From contig OZ024743.1 in NCBI GenBank assembly GCA_964016885.1, positions 43,586,001 through 43,650,000 of the forward strand: a stretch of DNA of 64,000 nt, given 5' to 3'. Positions 12,555 to 24,620 of the stretch are shown piece after piece. This stretch comes from Eledone cirrhosa. Lineage: Eukaryota. Made by a program: the position numbers and the translations under genes. The notes beneath the pieces are model-generated. The model was not told where the DNA came from and made no database searches. It saw only the letters and a list, made by a program, of their open reading frames with translations. Numbering within the stretch: position 1 is the first letter of the stretch; the number at the start of each line of letters is the position of its first letter.

Positions 12555-13098
12555 AATTAAGTTAAAATATCGTTATATGCTTTTTCTATGAAAATTAGTA
12601 GTGGGCAGACTAATTTGCATAGAGCGTGAGTACGTACCGGTTCAACGGAGACGATAAAAACAAATAACGAAACGAAAGTAAATTTCGTTTCGTTTGTAAC
12701 TCACTTTTGTATGACTGACGCTTAAACAATTAAGTTAAAAATGTACATCCACATATGTATACTGAAATACTAGTATGCATATGAATACACACACGTATAC
12801 ATATGTAGATGTACCGAGTTTTTCACTGGTCACTTTACTGTGAGTGTCCAGCTATTCTGTATGTAAACACACAGACAAACCGGTTTTTAGAGTCATACTG
12901 GTTTTTGAGGAAACACCTTTCCTCTATTCTCCAGAAAGCCAGGCAAGGAATATTGAACTAGTTTCGATGTTGTTACATCTCATCAGCAATATTTACCTAT
13001 CTTCCGGCCTCTCTAGAGAATCGTAAAAGCACATATCGTTATATGCTTTTTCTATGAAAATTAGTAGTGGGCAGACTAATTTGCATAGAGCGTGAGTA
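12550..13098 (-). repeat. Diverged 466-bp hammerhead-satellite/retrozyme monomer (approx. 1.15 units)
   Basis: A 66-bp direct repeat at 12567-12632 and 13033-13098 gives a period of 466. The unit is colinear with the reverse complement of the 472-bp unit at 20964-22895. Confidence 0.8.
12949..12993 (-). ncRNA. Minimal type-I hammerhead ribozyme
   Basis: AAUAUUG-CUGAUGA-GAUGU-AACA-ACAUC-GAAA-CUAG-UU-CAAUAUU: perfect 7-bp stem I, 5-bp stem II, intact core, palindromic stem-III loop, GUU cleavage triplet. Confidence 0.9.
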
Positions 13099-13288
13099 TT
13101 ATTACCATTATCACTATTTCTCACTTTCCTGCCATTGTTATGGTTATGGCTGTTATTTCTATACCCAGAGTTATTGTTTATATTACTACTACCGTTATTA
13201 TTGTTGTTGTTGTTTACCTTTGCATTCCAACGTATTTTTGTGAAACACTTTTCCAGCTCCGTTTTGCATTCCATAGGATTAATCTTTT

Positions 13289-16076
13289 AATAGTGATAAT
13301 GGTAATAATACTAGCGATAGACAGAACAACAACAACCACAATAATAATAATAATAGAAACGTTAACCACAGACACAGCAACAGTGACCACAGTAGTAATA
13401 ACGGTAACAATACGAACAACAACAACAACAATAACCACAGTGGTAATAATGGAAATAGTACATGTAGCAACATCAACAAAAACAAGAAACATAATAATAG
13501 TAACAACCACAATGGTAGAAATAGCAGTAACAACAATAACGGTGAAGTAAACAACAATACATCTAGCAATCATAACAATAATAACATTAATGCTAATGAT
13601 AGAAACAACAACAACCACCATGATAACAATAATAGCAACACACACAACTATGACGATAGAAATAACGACAACCCCTTAGAGAAACTATTTTTCAACCCAG
13701 CTGACAAAACATATAAGATGGGTAATATCTATCCTACGAGGTTACCCTTTAATAAAAGAGTTTGCATACCACAGCAAATAGATGACGAGACGGAGGCACA
13801 GTTCACCATAGCTAGAAATAAGATTAGACAAGTAGTAGACAGGTACACTATGAGACAGAGCAGACCAGAGGCCCAACAACTTGGGATAAAACCTGTAGAA
13901 GGCTTGGTTAGCCTCAAGCAGCGCACAAGGTATGGTGAGGTAGTGTGTCTACCCACAGATAAGTCTGGTAGGATGTCAATAGATAGCATGCCGAACTACA
14001 TCGAGGCAATGCAACCCCACATCACCAACACGAGCGAAGTTGCACAACTAACACACGATGGGAGAGAAAAAATCCTCAACGCTCACATGATGATGTGGAC
14101 TGACATCCTAAAGCAAGCAGACGCACTGCCAACAACATCCAGGCGTCTAACAATGGCATACCACCCTTGTATGGGCTCCGCAAAGACCACAAGACAGTCG
14201 ACGACCCGACAACAGGACCACCAACAAGACCCGTATGCGGAGCTAATATAGCTAGCAACTACAGGATCTCCTACTTCCTCTCAATGGTTATACGCCCCAT
14301 AATCAAGATGTCCCCAGATGTATGTGAAAGTACAGAGGACCTCCTCAGCAGAATCAGTGAGTGCAACAAAAACAGGAGCCTATCCAACTGCATAATAGGC
14401 AGCATGGATGTGGTGTCACTGTACCCATCCATTAACATTGATTTTGCTGTGAAAAGATGTGTGGAGATGATCATTGAGAGTGAGGTGGAGTTCTGCGACG
14501 TCGACACAGACGTACCGGGCCTCCTACTTAGACTTACCTACGACACTGACTACCTAGACAGCCATGACCTTAGATGTTTCTGCCCTAGTAGACCTATAAG
14601 AGGTAGACCCCCCACCATAACCTCAATGGCTAAAAAGACTCCCATAGGAAGGTGGATTGGGTGGACTAAAGCTATACGGACCCCCAAAACACTGATCAGG
14701 TAAGAAAAATGGTCGCACATGCAATAGGGGCTAGTATCAAAACTACCCTAAAGGGCCACATATTTAAGTTCAATGAGAAAATCTACACCCAAAATGAGGG
14801 AGCAGCCATCGGCGTCAGCATAGCTGGTGATGTTGCCAACCTTTTCATGGTATGGTGGGAAAGGAGACTTAAAGATCTCCTTAATGAAAGCTCCATAGAC
14901 CTCATCATGTACTCTCGTTATGTAGACGATATCAATATAGCTATAAGAACACCCCCACTAGAGAGCACTAACAAGTTTGATTTAGAACGTAGCACGATGG
15001 AAAGCATCCAGCAGATAGCTAATTCCATACACCAGAGTATAACTGTAACTATAGACTTCCCTTCCAAACACCCTAACAATAGACTACCTGTATTAGACAC
15101 AGAACTCTGGATTAACACTATAGACGAGAGAGCCCAAATTCTCCACTCACACTATGCTAAACCTATGGCCTCCAAATACCTGATACTCAAAAACTCAGCA
15201 ATGTCCAGTAGTGCTAAGTTTAATATTCTGATCGCAGATTTGGTACGAGTGATGAAGAATGTGTCCAGCATGTGCGACCCAACAGAAATGGAAGGACACA
15301 TCCAACACTTCATCAACCGCATGCAGTTCTCTGGCTACAACCAAAGAGACAGAGTCAGAGTATACGAAGGAGCCATGGAAAAGTATAAGACCCTCATAGA
15401 ACTGGACATGAAAGGAATTTGCCCACTATACAGGAGCAAATCATGGAATAGCTTAGATAGGGCTAGACATAAGATAGGGAAGGCCACATCATGGTACGAC
15501 AACCAGAGATATCAGAGTGTCATGTTTGTGGACGCCACCCCTGGAGGGAAATTAGCTAACCAGTGTAGAAAGGCCCTGAGAAAGACCCACTTAAAAATAA
15601 AGGTGCTGGAAAAGCCAGGAACCACCATAAAATCCCTGATCAGCAAAACATACCCTTTTAAGAAAACCCACTGTACCAATAGGAAATGTATCATATGTAA
15701 GGTGAACCCCCGGATAAACTGTAAAACTAGAAACGTAGTCTATAGCATAAGATGTACAGAGGGTACTTGCAGAAACACGACAACAACATACATAGGTGAG
15801 ACAGCTCGTAGCATAGGTGAAAGGATAGACCAACACTGGGGGGAACTAAAAGGACGAAAAAACGGGTCAGTACTATACGAACATGCTAGACAACAACATG
15901 ACGGTAACATAGACAACATAGAAATTAGAATAATATCTAAACATAGGAATGACCCAGCAGATAGGCAAATCAGAGAGGCCAGTGAAATTGAAATTAGAAG
16001 ACCAAAGCTAAACAGAAAGAATGAGTGGAACAACAACAACACCCAAACAAACAACACTGACCTAAGAGAAGTATAA
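13289..16076 (+). pseudogene. PLE reverse transcriptase / GIY-YIG endonuclease, frameshifted near 14113 and near 14685
   Basis: An Asn-rich frame leads into ORF 13718 (TDKSG motif). ORF 14167 has LYGLRKDHK, RPVC and SMDVVSLYPSI. ORF 14709 has QNEGAAIG, RYVDD, C-x4-C-x2-C, and NVVYSIRC...YIGET. Confidence 0.9.
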
Positions 16077-16347
16077 ATAAATAAGTAAATTAAATAAAAT
16101 AAAATAAGATAAATAAATACATACACAAGCACATAAACACACACTAGTCACCCAGCAGATACAACACTATACACACTAGTCACACATCAAACATAACACT
16201 ATACACACACGCAAACGCATGCGCAAAGAAGACAAAATAAAATAAGATAAACAAACAAGCAAATAAATAAATAAATATATAGACAGACTGAACAAAAAAA
16301 AATGGCGTAGACATACAACACAACAGGAGGAACAATGAATATAACAC

Positions 16348-16385
16348 CACTGACGATGTTGCAGATGTGCAACGAAAGATTTATG
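16348..16385 (+). ncRNA. Hammerhead-like motif in the PLE-1 3' terminus
   Basis: CA-CUGACGA-U-GUUGCA-GAUG-UGCAAC-GAAA-GAUU-UA-UG. Core and stem II are good; stem I is only 2 bp. Confidence 0.55.
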
Positions 16386-16661
16386 TAAATTATGTAAACT
16401 ATATATATATGTGTTTGTCTATATTGTATCTGTATTATTTTTGACCGCCGGTCAGTCAATGGCAACATTGAGGACCGAGTAAGTTAGATCGCAGATATAT
16501 ATATATAAAAGACAGCGAGAAGCGAAAAACAACCAAACAGTGAGTGTGTTCTGTTATTAATTCTGGCAATATTACGCAAATATGACCCTCCCCAAATATA
16601 ACAATATCTGTTTCGACACACGATTTCATATAAAAAACCTCGCAAAACTAATTCATCGCCG

Positions 16662-16706
<45 letters not shown>

Positions 16707-18835
16707 TATACTTCATAAATAACCATCAAAGAGTGTTTAATAACATTCAGTTACTGACGATCGTTTCATCCAAGTACAAAGCCTCAACATTCAGAAGGCT
16801 AGAATAATAGATATTAACGTAGATTTAAGAGAGGAAAGCACCTTTTGAAATTAAGCTGTTGTTTACTCTTATTAGTTTATTTATTTCACACAAAGTCACA
16901 CTGCGGACATCTACGATTTTGATAGACACAATCATACATACTCAAATATGTCGCACACTTCCTGTAGAACATATGCATATACGCACAGTGTGGTGTATAC
17001 AACGATCACACGAAAACGTTTCTCATTTTCATCCCCTTTATCTCCTAACGCTGTCTTCTACTCTCTGAAACTTATCGTAGCATTTCTCTAATTATATTTT
17101 GAACATTATTCTTTTGACTCTTGAAGCATGAACCCAATATGATGTTTTTTGTTGTATCTCTGGGTTGTTCATTTAAATATATAAATATAAATGTTTCGAA
17201 AATTATGATTCGAATACCCGATTGAAAATAACAGTTATATTACTAATATCCTGCAAATAGTTATTATATTTTGATGTACTGGAATGCCACCGTCCATCCT
17301 TTTTAAAGCACGTTAAAGTAATTTTTCTATATTTGCCGTTCTTTCTAAATTTTGATATGTATCATCCCCACATTTATAGTAATGGTTCCAACAGAGACAT
17401 AGGGCAGGGAATTTAATGGACAATTATTCAGTCCCTTAAATTTAACTAGTTCATCGCTGGTGATTATTTCCATCGACACCGATATGATGAACGTCATTGT
17501 AAGTCAACAGCCTTCACAAATACAAAATATTTTGTCGACCAATCTGATTATCATGACAATCTAGCGCCCTCTAATAGATTCACTCAATAGATTGTTAGTA
17601 GAAAGCCTCAGCAAACTTTATAACAGATGAATAAATGTTGCTATATTTTGTTGGCTAATTGTAAATATTTTACTTCATTCATACTTTTAAGCAGTTTCGA
17701 ATGATAAATGAAAGAACTCATTTGTATGTACTAAAATTCTGTTAAGGTTGATTAGAAAAGATGCATTGCTAAATCACCCATAATCCCTCACTCTACTTTT
17801 ATTGCCCTTTTTTTTATTATATTATGAAACAGCAAGCAGCTCCAATATATTGCAATTCGTGTGCCAATCAGATTACGGTTACCATATCAGTTAGAGATGT
17901 GTGTATTGTGCGTCATATGAGAGTGATTGAATATTGAACATTTGTTTGAAAATTATTTTTTCTGTTTACTTCAACGATGGGCGGGTAAATGTAACCTATA
18001 CAATGGAAACAGAAATGAAAGTGCGTGAGATTTAAATGCACAGTGGAGAGAAATGAACACTTATATGCAGCGTGTTCTCCAGAAAAACTGATGTGCATTT
18101 TTGTCTTGTGAAAATATTTAAAAGACATGATCAGAATGAAAACTAAAGAAGACATAGAATTAAAATAGAAGAAAGACTGTAGGTTGTGATTGGACTGAAT
18201 TAAGAGAATTCGTGTTTAAGCAAAATTAAAATATCAAAGGAACGCAACATGTATATTGAAAGAATGTTCGCAATGTAGAAACTCACCATTTGATATAGCT
18301 CCGTGCTTCTAAAAGAGAAACATACGTTGTTTTTTTCCTCTGAAAGAAAAGCTTTTAAGCCTTGTGTCCAAATAATTGCCAAATGTATTGGTGATAAATC
18401 GTTAAAAATGAAAGTAGAAAAAATTGTTCTGTCAATATATTTTGTGAGATGTTCAAAAGTAATATCTCGTGATGAATCTGAGTCGTTCATATGCATTTTC
18501 CCTACGTAAAATGTGTTATTTAAATGTGAACGAATCTGCCGCCAAGCGTGCTATAACCCAGTTAATAATGTTGTATAATAGATTTCATACTTCTGTCATC
18601 TATTGAAGCCTTGTTCTTAAAAAAAAAACTGTGCTTATATACGCATACTACAAAACGAATCATTGTACGAGACAAAACAACATACCATATAAATGGTTGT
18701 GAAATACACAAATCCCAGCACAAGCGCATTAAGAAACCCAGGGTACAGATAATATTGCAAAATGATAGATCTGAATATGCCGATATTTAAATTTTTTTTA
18801 TTTTCCTTGTGTAGATTTTAAGAAATAGAAAATAC

Positions 18836-18889
18836 TTGTTTCTACTTTAGGCACAAGGCCAGCAATTACCCAGTGCATTACTGGTACTT
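18836..18889 (-). mobile_element. SINE 3' fragment
   Basis: ttgtttctactttaggcacaaggccagcaattacccagtgcattactggtactta matches the 3' end of the SINE family. It is flanked by a tagaaaatactt direct repeat. Confidence 0.75.
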
Positions 18890-20742
18890 ATAGAAAATAC
18901 TTTCCATTCATTTCTAAAACATAAACAAAATGCGCTCTCCGGGGGAAAATGTTTCTTGTGATACCAATTTGTTATTTGAATTTGCACTTTAAGTTCATGA
19001 AAGAAACCATCTCAATTATGTGGATTTGAAAATGCAAGGGAAGAAGTAAATTATATAAATGCATTTAAGTTCAAACTAAACCTGTTGTTCACTCAGCAAA
19101 AGACGGGGATTTGAAGAATTTTGAGGAAATGTTCAATACATATGTGTCGTAATGGCGAGATGAGGAAATGTATGAAAAAAATTATTATTGTACAAATGTC
19201 ATTTGAATGCAATTTTGTAATTAGCTAACAATAGAAACAGCATAGGTCCATTTAGAAAGCCATTTTCTTTTAGTGAACACAAATACATGAAAATGACTTG
19301 CAAAGTAACAGTAGAACTTATTGTTTTGAAAGCATTTTAATGGGTTTTTCACTTTACTACTTGCCATTGAGATGATTGCTTTCTTGTTACGTTTGTTGAT
19401 TGGGAATTATGTTCAGATGGGAAAGAAGCCTTTTTTTATTATCTCTGAATAACTGAGTGAAATTTGACTCATGTAACATTAAGCATTAGGAATTTGACCC
19501 AATCAAATCAGATATGAAACGTCTCATTCATGTTATATTTACTCTTCCGTTTTTGTATTATGTATAAATTCTAATTATATTTAATCCAGCAAATTTATAC
19601 AAGACTTAATTAGTTCATTGCATGGAAAATGGAAACAACATCATTCTTAGAATACACTAGATCGGACAATTATGTTTTTATCTTTTCATTCAAACGAGAA
19701 TTGCAGCCGCATTTCTTCCGTGATTATTCTACTATAATTTACTTTAGATTAAGTGGTATAAATAATTAACAATTGACCAATTTTAAACAACAATTAACAA
19801 TATTTCGCTATTGAATTTCGGTAATGATAACATAGTTCAATATATATTTACTTCACAGTTAACATATTTATCAATAGAATTCACTTGTTTTCATTCAGCA
19901 GACTTACAGTTGAGGAGCTGAACCATCATTTCTTTATACATAATGTTCAAATATTTGGGCCAAAAGGCCCAAATATTATAGCGTCTCTCTTTAACAGGGT
20001 AAAGACCGAATATTTACGACCCTTTTGCAAAAAATATAGCAACTAATACAATTTATTAAATCTTAAAATTCAATACCTTGTGGAGCTCACAAAAAAACAT
20101 CTCATCGCTGTCTGACAGCCAATAATAATAATAATAATGAAAAATAATAATAATAATAATAATAATGATGATAATGATGATGATATTAATATTGAAAACC
20201 TGGTTTATATTTGATATATATTAGTAACGAATATCAGTTGATTTTAAATAAGCATTTCAAAATTCTATATTTATCATGCAATAAAAATAATTTCTGCGAA
20301 TGTTTCAGGATTCTGAATACTTTATAAATCCATCATTAAAAATAAGGCAAGATAAATCAATTATGAATGAATGCGGAATAAAATAGTATATAATAGAAGC
20401 AATATAACGAATACAAATAAAATATCAATGCAGCTTTGTTTTAACAAAGCGTTTGAAACTATTTGAAAAACAATAGATACAAGCTGATGGAAATCTCCGA
20501 AAAGAGATAAACGAAAATTAGATAGTTGAAATAGATTTTAAGTGCATATTTAAAGATTGTAAATACAAAGTATTTTCTGATTATTAAAACTAAACCCGAA
20601 TTACGATGTTGCTATAGGGAACAAAAAATGGATTATGACATATTCTAGAAACGATTTAAACAAATTAATTATAAACCTTGCAAGAATATTTTTCTTAATG
20701 TCGGATACGCTAGTTTCATTATCTCTCTCTCTATATATATAT

Positions 20743-20780
<38 letters not shown>

Positions 20781-20878
20781 GTGTATTTGTGTGTGTATGC
20801 TGGTAAGTAGATATATATGTGTATAAACATTTATATATGCATATAGCCACGGTTCCCTATTTTTCTTTCTTTTTCTAG

Positions 20879-20954
<76 letters not shown>

Positions 20955-21125
20955 TGAGAAATGAAGAGTGAGAAATGAAATTTCGTTTTCATTTTGTTTC
21001 AATTTATCGTTTTCGGTATGCCTGACCGATTTAACTCACTCAATATGCAAGTTAGGCTGCTCAGCCGTTAATTTTCATAAGGAAAGTATATACTTTCGAA
21101 CGTTCAACTATCTGGCAGATGGGTA

Positions 21126-21170
21126 AACGGTGCTGATGATAGCTAACAAGCTTGAAACTAGTACATCGTT
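21126..21170 (+). ncRNA. Minimal type-I hammerhead ribozyme, unit 1
   Basis: AACGGUG-CUGAUGA-U-AGCU-AACA-AGCU-U-GAAA-CUAG-UA-CAUCGUU: 7-bp stem I (one GU pair), intact core, palindromic ACUAGU stem III, GUA triplet. Confidence 0.87.
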
Positions 21171-21597
21171 CCTGTGTCAGTGTTGAACAAAAAGGTGACG
21201 TGGTTGCCTTAACACCGTATGGCATAAATTCAGGCTGTTCAGTTTGTTTACAAACGAACAAAGCGACGTTATAATAAGCGCCGCTAAACTGATACGTGCA
21301 TATATGTATGTGTACCTGTATGCATATGTATGTATATATGTATATGTATATATATATGTGCATGCTACTGTACGTCTGTATACATATATGTATGTACGTA
21401 TACATGCATACTTACATTTAAGTAAGTGCCATACTAAGAGTGAGAAATGAAATTTCGTTTTCATTTTGTTTCAATTTATCGTTTTCGGTATGCCTGACCG
21501 ATTTAACTCACTCAATATGCAAGTTAGGCTGCTCAGCCGTTAATTTTCATAAGGAAAGTATATACTTTCGAACGTTCAACTATCTGGCAGATGGGTA

Positions 21598-21642
21598 AAC
21601 GGTGCTGATGATAGCTAACAAGCTTGAAACTAGTACATCGTT
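21598..21642 (+). ncRNA. Minimal type-I hammerhead ribozyme, unit 2
   Basis: Identical to 21126-21170. Confidence 0.87.
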
Positions 21643-22069
21643 CCTGTGTCAGTGTTGAACAAAAAGGTGACGTGGTTGCCTTAACACCGTATGGCATAAA
21701 TTCAGGCTGTTCAGTTTGTTTACAAACGAACAAAGCGACGTTATAATAAGCGCCGCTAAACTGATACGTGCATATATGTATGTGTACCTGTATGCATATG
21801 TATGTATATATGTATATGTATATATATATGTGCATGCTACTGTACGTCTGTATACATATATGTATGTACGTATACATGCATACTTACATTTAAGTAAGTG
21901 CCATACTAAGAGTGAGAAATGAAATTTCGTTTTCATTTTGTTTCAATTTATCGTTTTCGGTATGCCTGACCGATTTAACTCACTCAATATGCAAGTTAGG
22001 CTGCTCAGCCGTTAATTTTCATAAGGAAGGTATATACTTTCGAACGTTCAACTATCTGGCAGATGGGTA

Positions 22070-22114
22070 AACGGTGCTGATGATAGCTAACAAGCTTGAA
22101 ACTAGTACATCGTT
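22070..22114 (+). ncRNA. Minimal type-I hammerhead ribozyme, unit 3
   Basis: Identical to 21126-21170. Confidence 0.87.
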
Positions 22115-22541
22115 CCTGTGTCAGTGTTGAACAAAAAGGTGACGTGGTTGCCTTAACACCGTATGGCATAAATTCAGGCTGTTCAGTTTGTTTACAAACG
22201 AACAAAGCGACGTTATAATAAGCGCCGCTAAACTGATACGTGCATATATGTATGTGTACCTGTATGCATATGTATGTATATATGTATATGTATATATATA
22301 TGTGCATGCTACTGTACGTCTGTATACATATATGTATGTACGTATACATGCATACTTACATTTAAGTAAGTGCCATACTAAGAGTGAGAAATGAAATTTC
22401 GTTTTCATTTTGTTTCAATTTATCGTTTTCGGTATGCCTGACCGATTTAACTCACTCAATATGCAAGTTAGGCTGCTCAGCCGTTAATTTTCATAAGGAA
22501 AGTATATACTTTCGAACGTTCAACTATCTGGCAGATGGGTA

Positions 22542-22586
22542 AACGGTGCTGATGATAGCTAACAAGCTTGAAACTAGTACATCGTT
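22542..22586 (+). ncRNA. Minimal type-I hammerhead ribozyme, unit 4
   Basis: Identical to 21126-21170. Confidence 0.87.
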
Positions 22587-22889
22587 CCTGTGTCAGTGTT
22601 GAACAAAAAGGTGACGTGGTTGCCTTAACACCGTATGGCATAAATTCAGGCTGTTCAGTTTGTTTACAAACGAACAAAGCGACGTTATAATAAGCGCCGC
22701 TAAACTGATACGTGCATATATGTATGTGTACCTGTATGCATATGTATGTATATATGTATATGTATATATATATGTGCATGCTACTGTACGTCTGTATACA
22801 TATATGTATGTACGTATACATGCATACTTACATTTAAGTAAGTGCCATACTAAGAGTGAGAAATGAAATTTCGTTTTCATTTTGTTTCA

Positions 22890-22951
<62 letters not shown>

Positions 22952-22956
<5 letters not shown>

Positions 22957-24354
22957 TGTATGTTAAGGCCAAGTCAAACCAACCTAGATCCATAACCAAG
23001 GCCGTGCTTAAGAGTGTCTCGGACAGAATCTCCAGCCTGTCCGCAAATAAGGAAATCTTCGATAACAACGGGGGATATTACAACGCAGCTCTAAATAAGG
23101 CGGCACATGGCCAAAATATAACATATAGCCCGAGGTGCCGGGATGGGATGGCACAACGGACCACCCCACCCGCGTTGTCCGGGAGGGGACGAACCATAAC
23201 AATACAGGCAGAATGGAAACAACTAAGCACCATGAGTCTGACACCACCACATGGGCGATGGTGACAAGTACGCGTAACCATGGGAAGAAACCCAATACGA
23301 GTACCGGTCTCGGGGGTGATACTAACCACCCCGGGCCCGACGACCCCAACCGCAAGACACGTGGGGGGGGTGAAGGGGGACCACCCCATCGTGGATCTCC
23401 CGGCGCGAGCAACAACCACCTCACGGATTCGGGCCGAGAAGTTAGCAATACACATAGCGCCCAAAGGGGAAGCAACAATGTGGGAACCACTAGCAACCCA
23501 ATAACTCCCCAACAGCCCACGGCACCCTCAACCCACCCACATAGAGGTAGACGCAGAGACATCATGTGGTACAACGCACCCTATTCAGCGGCCCTAAAGA
23601 ACCTTGGCCCGATCATTATTTGGAACACTTGATAAATGCTTCCCGAGGGACCATAGATACCACAAGATCTTCAACACCACACTGTGAAGCTCTCATATTC
23701 CACCACGAGAAATCTGGCCGAACACATAGCTGGCATCAACAGGAGTAGGCTTAAAACCACACACAACCAGAAGCTGGCAACATAAGCACCCAGCACAACC
23801 ATGTGGAAGGAGAGGAGGGTGGACCAAGGTTCCCACCCAAGAAAGTCAAACAGACCCAGGGAACCTCCCACCAAGCCCGGGGTAGGATCACCATGTAACA
23901 CCTAACGGGAACCCCACACTAGGCACACTAGGCACACAGAGGTCGACCACCTTCTGCAACTGCAGAAACCCCGACTTATGCCCTCTTAGTAATGAATACC
24001 TTAGGAAGAACCTAATATACGGATGTAGAGTAAAAAAACCCCAACTCTGAACACCTTTACATAGGAGCCACATCAACGAGCTTTAAAGACAGTTGGTTTA
24101 ACCATCGCCAATCCTTCAACAAGGAGGTCAAAATGAAAAGTACGGCTCTTTCCGACCTGATTGTGAAGCTTAAGCTGGACAGGACCCGGTACTCTCTAGC
24201 CTAGTCCATAATCAGGAAAGTACCACCTGATAAAGGGGGATCTGGCATCTGCAAACTATGTCTGAGCGAGACCCTCGAGATACTAAGAGGTGGAAGCTGC
24301 CTGATAAACCTCAGAACCGACTTCTTCGGAACATGTAGACACCCCAGGGCCTGA
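22952..24354 (+). pseudogene. PLE RT thumb / linker / GIY-YIG remnant with multiple frameshifts and stops
   Basis: YVKAKSNQP...RISSLS...YNAAL; RRRDIMWYNAPYS; FCNCRNPDLCPL..KNLIYGC; STALS; CKLCLSE; LINLRTDFFGTCRHP. Confidence 0.85.
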
Positions 24355-24620
24355 CCTTCCTCAAGCTATATGGACAGTAACAACACACTGGGATGTGAAC
24401 TCCCCTCAAGCTATAGGGACTACTCCAGAACATGTTGACACCTCTGGGCTGGACCTCCCTCAAGCTATATGGACAGTAACAAAACAATAGGTTGGAACTC
24501 CCCTCAAGCCATAGGGACACATCCGGGACGAGCAGATATCTCAGGGCCGGGATCTTCCACAAACTATACGGATCAGAACAAAACATTGGGATGGAAATAT
24601 CCCTCTGGCTTTAAGGACAG
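24355..24620 (+). repeat. Degenerate approx. 45-50-bp minisatellite in the PLE-2 3' UTR
   Basis: Recurrent ccctcaagctat(a/g)ggaca...aaca..ctgggatg units. Confidence 0.7.

Larger units (their letters stand above)
13095..16662 (+). mobile_element. Penelope-like retroelement PLE-1 (possibly Naiad-like) with an inverted 5' segment
   Basis: RT plus C-terminal GIY-YIG ORF. The 3' terminus matches the solo terminal element at 46216-46568 and ends in (TA)n. Confidence 0.9.
20964..22895 (+). repeat. Tandem array of 472-bp hammerhead-containing units (4 units plus 44 bp); putative non-LTR retrozyme
   Basis: Units start at 20964, 21436, 21908, 22380 and 22852. I saw only one substitution (A>G at 22029). 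Flanked by (GA)n on the left and (TA)n on the right. Confidence 0.92.

Noticed and set aside
13092-13645. Hydrophobic I/V/T/L-rich membrane-like ORFs
   Set aside because: They are alternative frames of the AAC/AAT-rich tract in PLE-1.
21061-22880. Repeated 114/95/68-aa ORFs in the 472-bp array, and a CRISPR-like interpretation of the array
   Set aside because: The ORFs start in TA/CA-rich sequence and have no recognisable motif. The units are identical with no unique spacers, and the context is eukaryotic.
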